DNA of 30,797 nt from Vitrella brassicaformis CCMP3155. Lineage: Eukaryota > Protista > Chromerida. The notes under the pieces were generated by a model. That model worked only from the letters and a program-made list of their open reading frames with translations. It did not search any database and had not been told where the DNA came from. The position numbers were made by a program, and so were the translations under genes. Location: assembly GCA_001179505.1 (NCBI GenBank), contig CDMY01000685.1, positions 1 through 30,797 of the forward strand. The letters are read 5' to 3'. Below are positions 1 to 13,800 of the stretch, piece by piece. Every line of letters starts with the position of its first letter. Position 1 is the stretch's first letter.

Positions 1-1850
1 GTACACATCATCGCCCACACTCAGATGCGTCACACCCGCTCCAACACTCACGACCGTCCCCGAGCAATCGCCGCCAGGCGGACCCGGGTCACCAGGATAC
101 AGACCCATCACGTTCAACACGTCACGGAAATTCAAACCAACCGCACGCACACGCACCTCCACGCACCCCTCGGGGAGCTGCACGTTGTCCGGCTGCTTCT
201 GGGGCCTCAGCCGTAGGTTGGATATGGCCCCACGCTCAGCCATGTGGAGCTCAACCGGTCCCCTTACGGGCAGGGTGGACTTGACGAGACGGGGAATCAT
301 CAGGTGCGTGCTTTTGACGGACACTTCAGGCTCGTATGGGGCCTCTGCCTGCCTCTCCATCACCAGATTGACGGTATCGCACCACTCGGCTGTCGACTGC
401 CGAGCAACCTCGATGCAGCCGATCGTCACTCGGTGGCTCATGTCCATCTCCATTTCAAGCCGAGCGCTCTTGGCGAAGCCCCACAGGCCCGAGTGCCGCG
501 GCGGCGTTCCATCATGGCCGTCGACTGACAGCACAGGCGCCCACACGAAGGGCAGCGAGCCGCCCTTGCGGGCAGATACGGCCTTGCACAGCTGCAGGAA
601 GCCGTCAAGCACGTCGATGGGATCGCTCGCTTCTTCCAGAGCGGCCACGTACAGGACGGTGCTGGATTCGCTCCTGTCCAGACTCTCGCCAACGGCCTCA
701 GCGCTCGGCAGCCCGCTGAGGACGGATGTCTTGCGCTGAAGCGATGCGCTCACTTCCTCGGCAAACGACTGATCGCGGCTGATGACGAGGACGGATGCAT
801 CGGCGTCGGCTGCTGGATGGTCCTCGGCAGACGGCTCTGCGCGCTCCCGCCACTCCAGCTGCCACAGGAGCTCGCGAGGGATCTCGACGCGCGCAGACAA
901 GTCGATCTTGCGAAGAGATAGCTCCTCGATGGCCACAGCCTTCTTCAGAGCCACCGTCGGTGGCTGATTCGCCTTGACGTCGGACTTGGGAGGGCAGTAT
1001 TGGTAGACAGTCACGTCTGCCTTCGCGTCTCCTTCGTTCTTATCGAGCAGAGTGACAACGGCCCAGCACTCGTGTTTCGTCATCTTTGTCACGGCCGCAC
1101 GTTTGGCCCCGACCGGCACGACTGGATGTCGTTCCTGTCGGCCCGCAGTCTTGGGACCATGCTCAGAGAAACGTGATAGGTCAGGATGAAGCAAGAGGGC
1201 GGTGGCCTGGAATGCTCCGTCAAGCAGAGCGGGATGTGAGACGAAGCCCTCCTCGAAATCATCTTCCAAGTCTGACGACAACCTTGCCAACGCTTTGTCA
1301 TCGCTAAGGTAGAGCTCTTTGATGGTCTGGAACCGCGGCCCATACTCAAGACCCACAGCTCGGAGCTCCTCGTAGAAGCGACCCACAGGGATCGGACGCA
1401 TCACACAGCTCTTGATGTCCTCGAGTGTCGTCTGGTCGGACTGGAGAGTGCTCGTCGTGACGGAAGACGCCTTGCCGAAAGCATGAGTCATTACATTAGT
1501 CTTGTCCGTTGCGGGACAGCTTCGAATCTCGATATCGCCGTTGACGTCCCGCGCCGCAATGACATCGACCTCTATATCCTCACTTAGGACGAGGGGCTGC
1601 TCGAAGGCGATGTTCTCTATCGTCACAGAGGTGGCTTTGGAACCCATGCCGGCAGGATGCTGGGCCTTGCCTTGGATTGCCACGGCAGCAAGCAGGTCGA
1701 TGAAACCAGCACCAGGCATCAAGACATTCTTCGCCACAACGTGGTCGAGGAACAGTGCCTTGACGTTATCTCGAATGGATGCACTGACAACCCATGTGCC
1801 ACCGGCCGACGGTCGCTTCCTGCCAAGCACCGGGTGCGCCGCCTCGATCC
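1..1850 (-). CDS. Module 4 DH - pseudo-KR - N-terminal part of ER (no AT); truncated by window edge
   Basis: Hand translation: HPVLG, DHVVAKNVLMPGAG, GLEYGPRFQ, HPALLDG, GLWGFAR, RGPVELHMAERG, GLNFRDVLNVMGLYPGDPGPPGGDCSG...VGDDVY, with the last codon ending exactly at position 1. Confidence 0.88.
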
Positions 1851-4800
1851 AAGGGAAGGGGCGATGGCTCCACGACGGCAGCCGTGTGCCGAGCTCCTCC
1901 AGGGCATCTGATGCTGACGGGGCCACATCTAGTAGCACATGGGCGTTGGCGCCTCCGAAGCCGAAGGAGCTCACACCACCGACGCGCGACCTTCCGCCGG
2001 ATCGTGCCCCAAAATCGACGGGTTGTGTGGGGAAGACGACATTGAATGTGTCCGTGTCGATGTGGGGGTTCAGTTGCTGGAAATGCAGGACGGGAGGCGC
2101 GACACCATGCGCCAACGTCAGGAGGAGCTTGATGAGCCCCGCAATGCCCGCTGATCCCTCCAGGTGACCGATGTTGGTCTTGAGTGCGCCCAGCACCAGC
2201 GGATGAGCCATCCGGATCGTATCCGCGCTGAACACATCTCGAAGGGCGCCGACTTCGATAGGGTCGCCGAGGGATGTGCCCGTGCCGTGGGTTTCAACGT
2301 AGGACACGTCGGAAGGTGAGAGGTGGGCCTGAGAAAGACATGCTCGAAGGACCGCTTGCTGCGATGGACCATTTGGCGCCGTCAGGCTGGCACTCCTGCC
2401 GTCGTGGTTGACAGCCGAACCAAGAATGATTGCCAAGAGGCTTGAGCCTTTCGCACGCACAGCGCTGAGACGGCGCAGCACCACCGCTCCCGCGCCTTCG
2501 CCCCTCACGTAGCCGTTAGCCTTGGCGTCGAACGTCTTGGACTGGCACTCAGGTGACAGCATCCGTGCCTTGGAGAAGGCAATGAAGAGGTGCGGGGACA
2601 ACATCAGGTTGACGCCTCCCACGAGCGCGCCAGTCGTTCCTGCACAGAGATGTGAACATGCCGTCAGGAAAAGCCTCACTCTCGCTATTCACTGGACTTA
2701 CCTAAGCCATTCGTTACTCCGTTCTCGATGCTCTTGACGGCCGAGTCCATGGCGACCAATGAAGAGGAGCAGGCTGTGTCGATCGTCATGCTGGGTCCCT
2801 TGAGACCGAAGATGTAGCTGATACGATTGGACAAGATGCTGCTGGCAGATCCAGTGCCAACGTAGCTGCTGTTCTTGTTCACGAAGCTGAGGAAGTTCCA
2901 GTCATTGTTGCAGTTACCGATGTAAACACCCATGTCGGCGCCCAGTAGAGCCTCCCGTGAGTAGCCCGCTGAAGCCAGGGCCTCGTAGCCGACCTCAAGC
3001 ATCATGCGCTGCTGCGGGTCCAATGTCTGCACCTCGAGGTTGCTGATGTTGAAGAAGCTGTTGTCGAACAGCTCAGCTCCCTGTACGAAAGCTGCCCTCC
3101 TGACGTAACACTTGCCGATTGCATCGGGGTCCGCGTCGTAGAACTCGTCCATGTCCCACCGGCTGAGGGGGACCTCCGAGACACAGTCCGTGCCGCTCAA
3201 GAGCATCGACCACAGAGCTGACAACGATGTAGCTCCTCTAGGAAGCCGACAGGCAGCGCCGACCACGGCGGCTCGCTCCCTGTGCCCACTCAACGTCGTC
3301 TTCGACATACGCTTTTCAGCCTTGGTTGCACGAGCCCTTCTTGACGAGCGGTCAGAAGTGTGGATCTTCTCAACGATCAGGTTAATGATGGCGCCGAGTG
3401 TGGGGTAGTCGAAGAGGGTGGTGGCGGGGAGCCTGACGCCCAGTTTGTTGGACAAGGCGTTGCGGAACTCGACGGCTCCGAGCGAGTCGATGCCCAGGTC
3501 CTGGAGCGGCGCGTCGAGGGAAGGGAGATCGCTCTCGGCCACGTGGCCCAGCACTTCGGTAGCGGTCTCCAACACGGTTGCCTTGACAAAGGCGCGCAGG
3601 TCGTCTGCAGCCATGCTCCTGAGCTTGCTGCGCAGCTCACTGTCCACGAGGATGCTGCTGTCGCCGCTGGCAGACGAGGGCGAGATGTGGTCGAAGAAGG
3701 TCGGCACCAGCTCATAGCGTCGAAGGAAGACATTCCAGTCGCCGAAGGGCTGGCATCCCACCACGCTGCTGCTGCTGGTGGCGCTGATGCCATCAATGGG
3801 ATTGTTGTTGACGAGGCAGAGGTCATGTAGCACCCGAAGGCCCAGGTCGTTGCTGATGCCGCGCAGTCCCACTTTGCTGAGGTGCTGTCGAAGGTTGGCG
3901 GCCATTCCCTGCTCCACCCACGGGCCCCACTGGATCGACTGGCCACTCAGCCCGCTCGCACGGCGATGCACCGCAAGGGCGTCGAGGCAAGCGTTGGCCG
4001 CCGCGTAGTTGGTCTGGCCAAAGTTGCCGTACAGTGATGCAGCCGACGAGAACAAGACGAAGTGGTCGACGTGGTGGTTGTGGCCTGAGGTGGTCGTGGC
4101 GTCATGGAGGTTCCACGCGCCTCCCACTTTCGGTCGGTAGACTTGCTCGATGCCCGTCACAGTCTGCTGCTCCAGTGAGGCGTCGGCCAGGACACCGGCC
4201 GCGTGGAACACGGCCTTGACAGGAGGCAGCCCCTCAGTTGTGGTGATGCGGGCCAGGAGCCCCTCGCAGGAGCTGAGGCTGCTTACGTCACACGCCATGA
4301 GGCTGATGATCCCTGGCTGCTTCGGCCCACTGCTGTTGCTGGCACTGGCGTCATTGGACGCGACCAAGGGCGCAAGCTCCCGCCAGAGGGCGCTGTCCTC
4401 CACTTGAGGAGAGGGGCGCCCCTTTCGCGACACCAAGACGACGTGCTTGGCGCCCTCAACCACGAGCCATCGCGCCACGACCAGCCCGAGGCCGCCAAGG
4501 CCTCCAGTCACCACATAGGTGCCGCCTCCTCCTGTGGCCGTCGCAGATTGATCCGTTTGGTGGCGGCCAGAGAGGTGCAAGTTGTTGTCGGCGATGCTGG
4601 GGAGGCGGATGACGACCTTGCCCATGTGGTGGGCGCGCTGCATGAAGCGGAATGCCGCGAGTGCGTCATGCTTGCCGCCGGCACTCGTCATGTCGAAGGG
4701 GTGGATGGGTGGAGGGGTCACATGGCCCGTTTCCACGAGCCTCGTGATCCTCTTGAGCATCGTCTGGAACCAGCCGGGGTCGCTCTCCACCATGTGGTCG

Positions 4801-7800
4801 ACAGCGATGGCCTCGTAAGTCACGTCGGGACGACACCGACGCATCTGGGCGGGACTGTAGATGCCCCGCTTGCCCAGCTCCATGAACCGGCCACCCTCGC
4901 CAAGCAGCCGAAGGGACGCCTCGAGCATCGCACCGGGCAGTGAGTTGAGGACAACGTCCACCTTATTGTCGTCGGCCGCCCCTTGTCCGTTGTCTTTGTC
5001 TCTGTTGCTGCTGTTGCTGTGCAGGGTGAGGAACGTGTTCATGTCGGTCTCGAAGGCTGCAGGGTCCCTCGAGGTGGTGATGTACTTGACGCCCAGCGAC
5101 CGCACGAATGNNNNNNNNNNNNNNNNNNNNNNNNNNNNNNNNNNNNNNNNNNNNNNNNNNNNNNNNNNNNNNNNNNNNNNNNNNNNNNNNNNNNNNNNNN
5201 NNNNNNNNNNNNNNNNNNNNNNNNNNNNNNNNNNNNNNNNNNNNNNNNNNNNNNNNNNNNNNNNNNNNNNNNNNNNNNNNNNNNNNNNNNNNNNNNNNNN
5301 NNNNNNNNNNNNNNNNNNNNNNNNNNNNNNNNNNNNNNNNNNNNNNNNNNNNNNNNNNNNNNNNNNNNNNNNNNNNNNNNNNNNNNNNNNNNNNNNNNNN
5401 NNNNNNNNNNCACTTTGCTGAGGTGCTGTCGAAGGTTGGCGGCCATTCCCTGCTCCACCCACGGGCCCCACTGGATCGACTGGCCACTCAGCCCGCTCGC
5501 ACGGCGATGCACCGCAAGGGCGTCGAGGCAAGCGTTGGCCGCCGCGTAGTTGGTCTGGCCAAAGTTGCCGTACAGTGATGCGGCCGACGAGAACAAGACG
5601 AAGTGGTCGACGTGGTGGTTGTGGCCCGAGGTGGTCGTGGCGTCATGGAGGTTCCACGCGCCTCCCACTTTCGGTCGGTAGACTTGCTCGATGCCCGTCA
5701 CAGTCTGCTGCTCCAGTGAGGCGTCGGCCAGGACACCGGCCGCGTGGAACACGGCCTTGACAGGAGGCAGCCCCTCAGTTGTGGTGATGCGGGCCAGGAG
5801 CCCCTCGCAGGAGCTGAGGCTGCTTACGTCACACGCCATGAGGCTGATGATCCCTGGCTGCTTCGGCCCACTGCTGTTGCTGGCACTGGCGTCATTGGAC
5901 GCGACCAAGGGCGCAAGCTCCCGCCAGACGGCGCTGTCCTCCACTTGAGGGGACGGGCGCCCCCTTCGCGACACCAAGACGACGTGCTTGGCGCCCTCAA
6001 CGACGAGCCATCGCGCCACGACCAGCCCGAGGCCGCCAAGGCCTCCAGTCACCACATAGGTGCCGCCTCCTCCTGTGGCCGTCGCAGATTGATCCGTTTG
6101 GTGGCGGCCAGAGAGGTGCAAGTTGTTGTCGGCGATGCTGGGGAGGCGGATGACGACCTTGCCCATGTGGTGGGCGCGCTGCATGAAGCGGAATGCCGCG
6201 AGTGCGTCATGCTTGCCGCCGGCACTCGTCATGTCGAAGGGGTGGATGGGTGGAGGGGTCACATGGCCCGTTTCCACGAGCCTCGTGATCCTCTTGAGCA
6301 TCGTCTGGAACCAGCCGGGGTCGCTCTCCACCATGTGGTCGACAGCGATGGCCTCGTAAGTCACGTCGGGACGACACCGACGCATCTGGGCGGGACTGTA
6401 GATGCCCCGCTTGCCCAGCTCCATGAACCGGCCACCCTCGCCAAGCAGCCGAAGGGACGCCTCGAACATCGCACCGGGCAGTGAGTTGAGGACAACGTCC
6501 ACCTTATTGTCGTCGGCCGCCCCTTGTCCGTTGTCTTTGTCTCTGTTGCTGCTGTTGCTGTGCAGGGTGAGGAACGTGTTCATGTCGGTCTCGAAGGCTG
6601 CAGGGTCCCTCGAGGTGGTGATGTACTTGACGCCCAGCGACCGCACGAATGCCTTCTTAGCGTCGCTTCCCACCGTCCCAAACACCGTCGCGCCCAGCGT
6701 GTGGCACAGCTGGATGGCGGCCATTCCGACGCCTCCCGAGGCGGCATGGACCAACACTCGGTCGCCGGCCTTGACCCTTGCCAGGTCGACGAGAGCGACT
6801 TGGACGGTGGCCATGATGACGGGCAAGGCCGCCGCCTGCTCGTGCAGCAACGAGGGCTGAGTCACCGGCAGCCGATGCACCAGCCGAGCGTCTGTCGCCA
6901 CGTAGCTCTGCAGACAGCCGGGAGCCAAGCCGAAGACGTCATCGCCGACCCTCACGTTGTCGACACCAGCAGTCGCCACGCTCACGACAGTGCCGCAGCA
7001 GTCGCCACCAGGAGCACCTGGTCCATTGAGTGATTGATTGATTGAGTGATTGATTGACAGACAAACAAACAAACGAACAGACAGACAGACAGACAGACAG
7101 AGGTACATCCATGTACTAAGCACTAAGCAGGCACAGTGCACTGTGAACTGTCTGCTTGTCTGTCTGTCTGTCTGTCTCATTGGCTTCTCGCTTTGACTGA
7201 CTGACTGACTGCTTTGACTGATTCACTCATTGATTCACTAATTGATTCACTCATTGACTGATTGGTTTACCTGGGTCTCCCGGGTAGAGTCCCATGACGT
7301 TGAGCACATCCCTGAAGTTGAGACCCACCGCCCGGACTCGCAGCAGGCAGGTGCCCGCGGGCAGCTCTCCTCCTTTGTCGGCATCTTGGCCGACACTGGC
7401 CCGGCTCAGGGGCGGATATGGACACGGCCGCAGCTTGAGGTTGGAGATGGCGCCTCGCTCAGACAGGTGCAGCTCCACAGCCCCGCGTGGCGCTATGGCG
7501 CTCTTGGCCAGTCGGGCAGCGTACAAGTGCTCCCCTCTCACAGCCACCTCCACCTCTCGGTTGGCGCCGCGACACACAGACAGGAGACGCTCCAGCTGTG
7601 ATGAGACCACCTCGACTCGACTGGCGCTGGGGGAGAGTGGCTCGATGTCGACACAGCCGACAGCCACTGGACGGCCGAAGGTCTGCTCCAACTCCAGCCG
7701 AGCGCACCGGGCGAGGCCCCACAGACCACCGCCCTCAGCCAGCCACCTGGGAAGAACCGCCGACGGTGTCCGAGACGACAGAGAACAATGTGATGGTGAC

Positions 7801-10800
7801 ACTGAGACGCTCTGCACGCCGCAGGACACCAACCACACGAAAGGCACCTTTGCCGGCGCCTGCCTGGGGGCCTCAGACTGAGGCTCCTCTTGTTGCTCGT
7901 TTGAGGCCGAGCGTGTGGGTCGCAAAGCCAAGAGAGCCTTGCAGATCTGAAGAGCAGCGTGCGTGTGCTCCACCGCCGCCTGGACCGCCCCGCCCTCTTG
8001 CTGTCTGTCCTCTTTTGCCGTGCTGTCATCAAACAGCGACCCAAGGTAGATGATCGTGTCCCAAGAGCCCTCGACCAGGCGCTGCTCGAGCCGCTTGGGA
8101 GCGGCCATGACGCTGGCAGCCGTCCAGTGATCCACTTGCATCGTCATGCCAGAGCCAGCGGTGTTCTTGTCTGCCCATTGTGTGGCCAGTGCCTCCCCCA
8201 CACCTCCCTCGCTGCCGATCACCAGCACCGAGGAGGGAGGCTCGGCAGAAGGGGAATCGCTGCTGGCTTCCGTGTCCGCCTCGGTGGTGGTCTCGTCGTC
8301 TTGTTGGCTGACTTGCTCCTCGTCGGACGGTCGTCGGATCGATGGTGCCTCCGGAGTGAGGTGCGTCCACTGGACCTCCCAGAGGACGTCCCGAGGGACC
8401 TGCACGGCCGGAGCAGCCAGGTCGATCTGCCGCGCGGTGACGCTGTCCAGGCTGGCCACCAGTTTGTGATGCTGGTCGAAGAGCTGCACGTCGAAACTGG
8501 CCTGCCCGGCAGTCGCCGACACCAGCTTGACGTGACTCCAGAAGACAGGAGCGGAGGGTCCACCCACAGCCACCTTGAGGCGGCCCAGGACAGCCCTGTC
8601 GATCGAGAAGGGCACCATCGCTTTGGCCTTGCTCTTGGCCGCCTCGCCGGCCATGGCGAAGAGAGCTGCTGCCGACTGGAGGGCCCCATCGAGGATGGCC
8701 GGGTGGATGCGGAAACCCTCCTCAAAGTCGTCCAGGCCGCTGCCATTCGTGCCTCCAGGCACCAGCTCAGCCAGCACCTCTGTGGCAGGCATCTGACCGC
8801 CCTCCTCGCCCTCGCTCTCGCCCCTCTCGGCGGTCGGAGGCCTCAAGACGTGAACGCGGCGGACCGTCTGGAACCGGGGACCGTACTCGAGACCGACCTC
8901 ACGAAGCTTCGCGTACAGCTCAGCCCCCTCGACCGTCTGGACAGCGGCGGAATCGTCAAAGGTGGCCTTCCTCTCAAGCAGCTCTGCCAGGGTTGCGCCT
9001 TGACAGTCGGAGGGAATCGATTGGTCCACACTCGTCACACCTGGCGCTTCTGACTGCTCTGGCACCTCACTCACACGCAGGACAGTCTTCGCGTGTACTT
9101 GTGACAGCCTGTCACCGCCATCCGCCCCTTGATGTTTTCCCATGTAAGACGATATCTCCAGCTCTATGCCGTCCTGTTGAGAGCCGGCCCTTCCACTCAC
9201 TTCCAGCGTTGGCAGCTCGCTCAGCGCTGCAAGAATCAAGGGCTGCTGGAACTCCACTCCTTCCAGGTACATGACATTCGACGATGGGAGGGCAGCGCTT
9301 GCCGACGCTGTGAAGATCTCGACGAAGCCAGTTGCAGGCATGACGGAGCGCTTGGATACGGCATGATCTTGAATCAGTTGGCAGACTTCGCGCCGTAGAC
9401 GTCCCACCGCCCGCCATGCATTCTTGTCCACGGGGTGCACGCGTTGCGTGAAGGGGTTGGCTGGAGGCTTCCACGGGAAGGGAGAGTGGGCCCACGTTGG
9501 CAGTGGGACAGCAGGCAGCTGGCCGCCGGCTCCCGTCTTCACTTCCATGATGACGTGAGCATTTGCGCCTCCAAAGCCAAATGAGCTGACACCGCCTATC
9601 AACATGCTGGCTTGCTCTGACGGTGTCAGTGCCGTCGCTTCGGTAGGGTAGATGACGTGGAAGTGTTCATCCACATCGATGTGGGGGTTCAGGGCCGTCA
9701 AGTGCAGGTTGGGCGGCGACACCCCGTGGTGAAGCGTCAGCAGGAGCTTGATGAACCCCGAGATGCCAGATGAACCTTCCAGATGACCGACGTTGGTCTT
9801 GAGTGCGCCCATGACCAGTGGTCTGTCGCTGGCCCTTCCCCTGCCCAGCACGGCTCTGATGGCGCCCACCTCGATGGGATCGCCCAGACTCGTACCTGTC
9901 CCGTGAGTCTCAATGTACGACACTGCGGAGGGACTGGCGCCGGCTTGCGCCAGCGCTCGAGACAAGACCTCTTGTTGAGCGGGTCCATTGGGAGCAGTAA
10001 GGCTTGCGCTTCTCCCATCGTGGTTGACGGCACTCCCGAGCACCGTTCCGAAAGACACGAGGGACTCACTTGCCGCAAAGGCCGACGGGTGACAGACCAG
10101 CACGGCGCCACACCCCTCACCGCGTGCAAATCCGTCAGCCCTCTCGTCAAAGGTCTTGCATCGTGAGTCCCGCGACAGCATGCGAGCCCTCGAGAAGGCA
10201 ATGAATGGCTGGGGAGACAGCATCAGGTTGACACCCCCCACCAGCGCGGCAGGGCATGTCTGGGTGCTGATGCTCCTGAGGGCCACATCCATAGCCACGA
10301 GCGACGAGGAGCAGGCCGTGTCAATAGTGAGACTGGGGCCCTTGAGGCCAAAGATGTACGAGAGGCGATTCGAGACGATGCTGGCGGCAGCGCCAGTGCC
10401 GGCGTAGGCACTGCGGCCACGGTCGAGTGACTGGACCAGAGCGCCCCAGTCGTTGTTGCAGCAGCCCATGAAGATGCCGATTTGTTGGCCCACCAGCGCC
10501 GCCTTGCTCAGGCCAGCGCTGTGCATGGCCTCATAGCCGACCTCGAGCATCAGCCGCTGCTGGGGGTCCATGGTGAGGATCTCGGCGGGGCCGATCTTGA
10601 AGAATGTGTTGTCGAACATGTGGGCGGCGTCCATGAAGGCTCCCTCACGAGAGTAGCAGCAGCCAGTCGCGTCGGGGTCGCTGTCCAGGACGGCCTCCAT
10701 GTTCCAGCGGGACACGGGCACTTCAGCGATGCAATCTCTCTGGGACATCAGCATGTCCCAGAAGCCTGTTGGGCTGTTGACCCCCCCAGGAAGACGGCAG

Positions 10801-13800
10801 GCCACACCCACCACCACAGCCTTCTCACGTCCACAGCTGTCCATTCCCGCCTCGGAGCTTGGCTGTGAGGATGTGCCGAACATTATCGTCTCGCCGTCAT
10901 GTCCGGTGGCACCCGTCGAGGCAGTCGAGGGCTCCCTAACTTGCTCCACGATGTAGTTGATGATGGCACGCAAAGTGGGATAGTCGAACAGGGTGGTCGC
11001 GGGCAGCTTGACGCCAATGCGCGCTGATAGGTCGTTGCGGAATTCGATAGCGCCCAGTGAGTCGATGCCGAGCTCTTGGAGCGGCGAGTCGAGAGGGGGT
11101 GCACTGATGTCGACCACTCCCTCACCCAAGGCATCAGCCGCTGCCTCAACTACCACCGACTGGATGTACGCTCGCAGCTGTGAGGAATTCAAGTCCATGA
11201 GATCCACCTTTGCAGCAACCTCCGTCCCGTCTGCCGCACGCGGCTTCCTTTCCGCCTGAGTGGTCCGCACCCTCAGCACATGTCGGGCTTTGTTTGGCGT
11301 GGGCGACGCGATCAGAGACACTTGCAGGGCTTCCATCAGGAGCCGCGGTTCCAGTTGAAGCAATGACGCATCCCACCGAGCAAGATACGACCGGTGGGAG
11401 GGCTTGGAATTGAGGATGCGGCTGAGGGCCTCAACAAGAGGCAAAGAGGGGACAGTGTGAGAGTCTGCTGTCTTGCCCAACGCCTCGAGAGTGACGACGG
11501 TTGATGCAGGCATATGCACCTGCATGGTCTCAACCAGACATCGAGCCCGGACCAGCTGCTGCTTGTCGTCTTGTGCGGGCTGTGCATTCACAACGCACAG
11601 ACACCAGGCGATGGGTGGACCCTCCCTGCTGGCCAAAGCCTCGGGCCACGACATATCTCCACATCGGATGCTGCCATCCAGTCCGTCATATCGCAGCCTC
11701 ATGGTGGTCACACGGACGCTGTCGGAGAGGTCCATCGCCCATGCGGCGAGATTCGCAGGGGGCGACTCCCATGAAGCGACGATGACGTCCTCGCATCCCT
11801 GCTCAACAGTGAGAAGTTGAGCTGCTGGGAGGGCAATGGCAGCCACATCACCGCAGATGAGGACGCATCGGGTCCTGGAGGCCGCGGCTGGGGTGAGCGG
11901 CAGGGGTCTCGGCACAGCGACGCGATCGTCGGCAGCGTTGCGCACGACCATGACGCTCTGATGCCCGAAGATGCCGTCGGTGGGAGTTGAGTACTCCAGG
12001 AGGAATCCCGTGTCATCGAAGGCCCTTTGCCAGCCCGACTGGGGCAGCAGGGGGCCGTCACGACGCATGTCGGAGTCAGTAAAGCGCCACCAGCCCTCGA
12101 GCAGGCCGAAGGTGGTCTGCAGCATGAAGCTGTGCCGCGTCAGCTCCGATATGATGAGTAGTCCGTCAGGCTTGAGTGAGGCCTTCAGATTGCGGAGCGT
12201 TGCACGGAGGTCCTGCGTTGCATGCAGCACGTTGACGGCAATGGCCAGATCAAACATCCCTGTCCCAAGGCCGCTGTGACGCGGATCGTTCTCGACGTTG
12301 AAGAGGCAGTACTCGACGTTGGAGTACTCGGCGAATCGTTTGGCGGCATTGCGCAGGAAGTAGTCGCCCAGATCAGTGAAGAAGTAGGTGGTGCGGCTGG
12401 CATCGAGCTTGGGCAGGACGCGGGACGTTGTGGCCCCAGTGCCGGCACCCACTTCGCATATGTGCATTCGCTGTGCGCCCACTGCCAGCCGATGCCGGCA
12501 TATTGCGTCGGCGACCTCCATGACCACACCGTTGCTGAACCGCGACGGGATGGTGTCCTGGTAGATGGCGGTGGCCAAGTCCATGGACCCTTCAGGGAAG
12601 ATCAGCTCCACTGCATCGACGTCACCCTTCAGGGCTTCCATCAGCCGAGGGGCGCAAGCCTGCGCCAGGGACGCCTCGTGCGACACCTCCTGTGGGGCGT
12701 TGGCGAGCGAGTCTCGGCCCTGAGTGGGGGAAGCGTCCCCATCTGAGTGCAGGGTGTCGACGAGGCTGCGGTACAGCCTGAGGTGGTGTGGATGGACCAC
12801 GTCAGCTTCCCGGACTGTCTTGATGGCCGACTGGCAGTACGTCCGACACGCTTGCTCGACTCCCACAAACCCATCCGCCCACTGTCGCGCTTCATCCGAC
12901 TCGAGCGCACGTTGAATTGACGCAGACAGATGCTCACTCAGGGACAGGGGAGCCGAGCCATCCGCACCAGTATCGTCGCGCACACCGCGACCAATCCGAA
13001 GGACGACAACCTCACTGTCACTGGCCGATCCCTTGTTCTTCTCCACTTCATTCGACAGTCGACAACTGTCCTCCACGTCCACCTCGCGCACCACCGCCCT
13101 GCTAGCGTCCGCCGTGTCACTCCGAAGCAGCTTGCGGAGCCCATGTGTGTCTGCGGCCCAAGCCTGCTGCGCGAAGCTGCGTCTTGATGCTTCGAGATGG
13201 CCCACAGCTGTCCAGCTGCTCTCCGGCGGCGTCCCAGTGGTGTCGATGCGCTTCAGAAGGCGTGCCTCCGTCACTGCCTTGTTGGTCCTAATCTCTCGTT
13301 GTGCGGCATTCTCAAGCCAGCCAACCACCTTGTCGCCCACTTTGAGGTGTGATACGGCATCTCCGACCTCCGCAACGATGCCGCCACATGCCAGGAAAGT
13401 GCTTTCTTGTGCACGGGACGGGAGGGCCAGTGCGTGGATACACAGCGCCACTTGTGTCGGCGGTGACGCTGGGGAAGTGGGTGTGCCGCTGTCAGGCTGC
13501 GGATCAGCTGCCCACCTGACCCGCACTCCCTTGTTGGCGGAGGCCTGTGTGTCCTGGGACAGGAGGACAGCCGGCGACACGTCGATGGACAGCGGGACGT
13601 CTGTGAGTGTCCGATACTCACGCGGCGCCAACAGAGTGCCGTCCCGATAGGCCCACGCAGCCTCAGAACCAGCGGAGCCATCTTGTGTCTTGGACGCTAT
13701 CGTGCCGATGACCGTGCGGATGACTGAGCCCAACACTGCGAGGGACGGAGGCGCTCCGATGAAATCAAGAGTGCGGATGGTGCACTTGGCGCCGTCATCA

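Noticed and set aside
2685-7180. ORFs spanning the N run (948 aa, 713 aa and poly-X ORFs) as separate genes or a pseudogene frameshift
   Set aside because: They are artefacts of translating across the gap. Collapsing the duplication gives one continuous exon in the correct phase.
7710-7830. Additional intron ending at ...TTCTTCCCAG| in module 3
   Set aside because: It looks like an acceptor, but no convincing phase-2 donor lies upstream and the ORF is already open through it.
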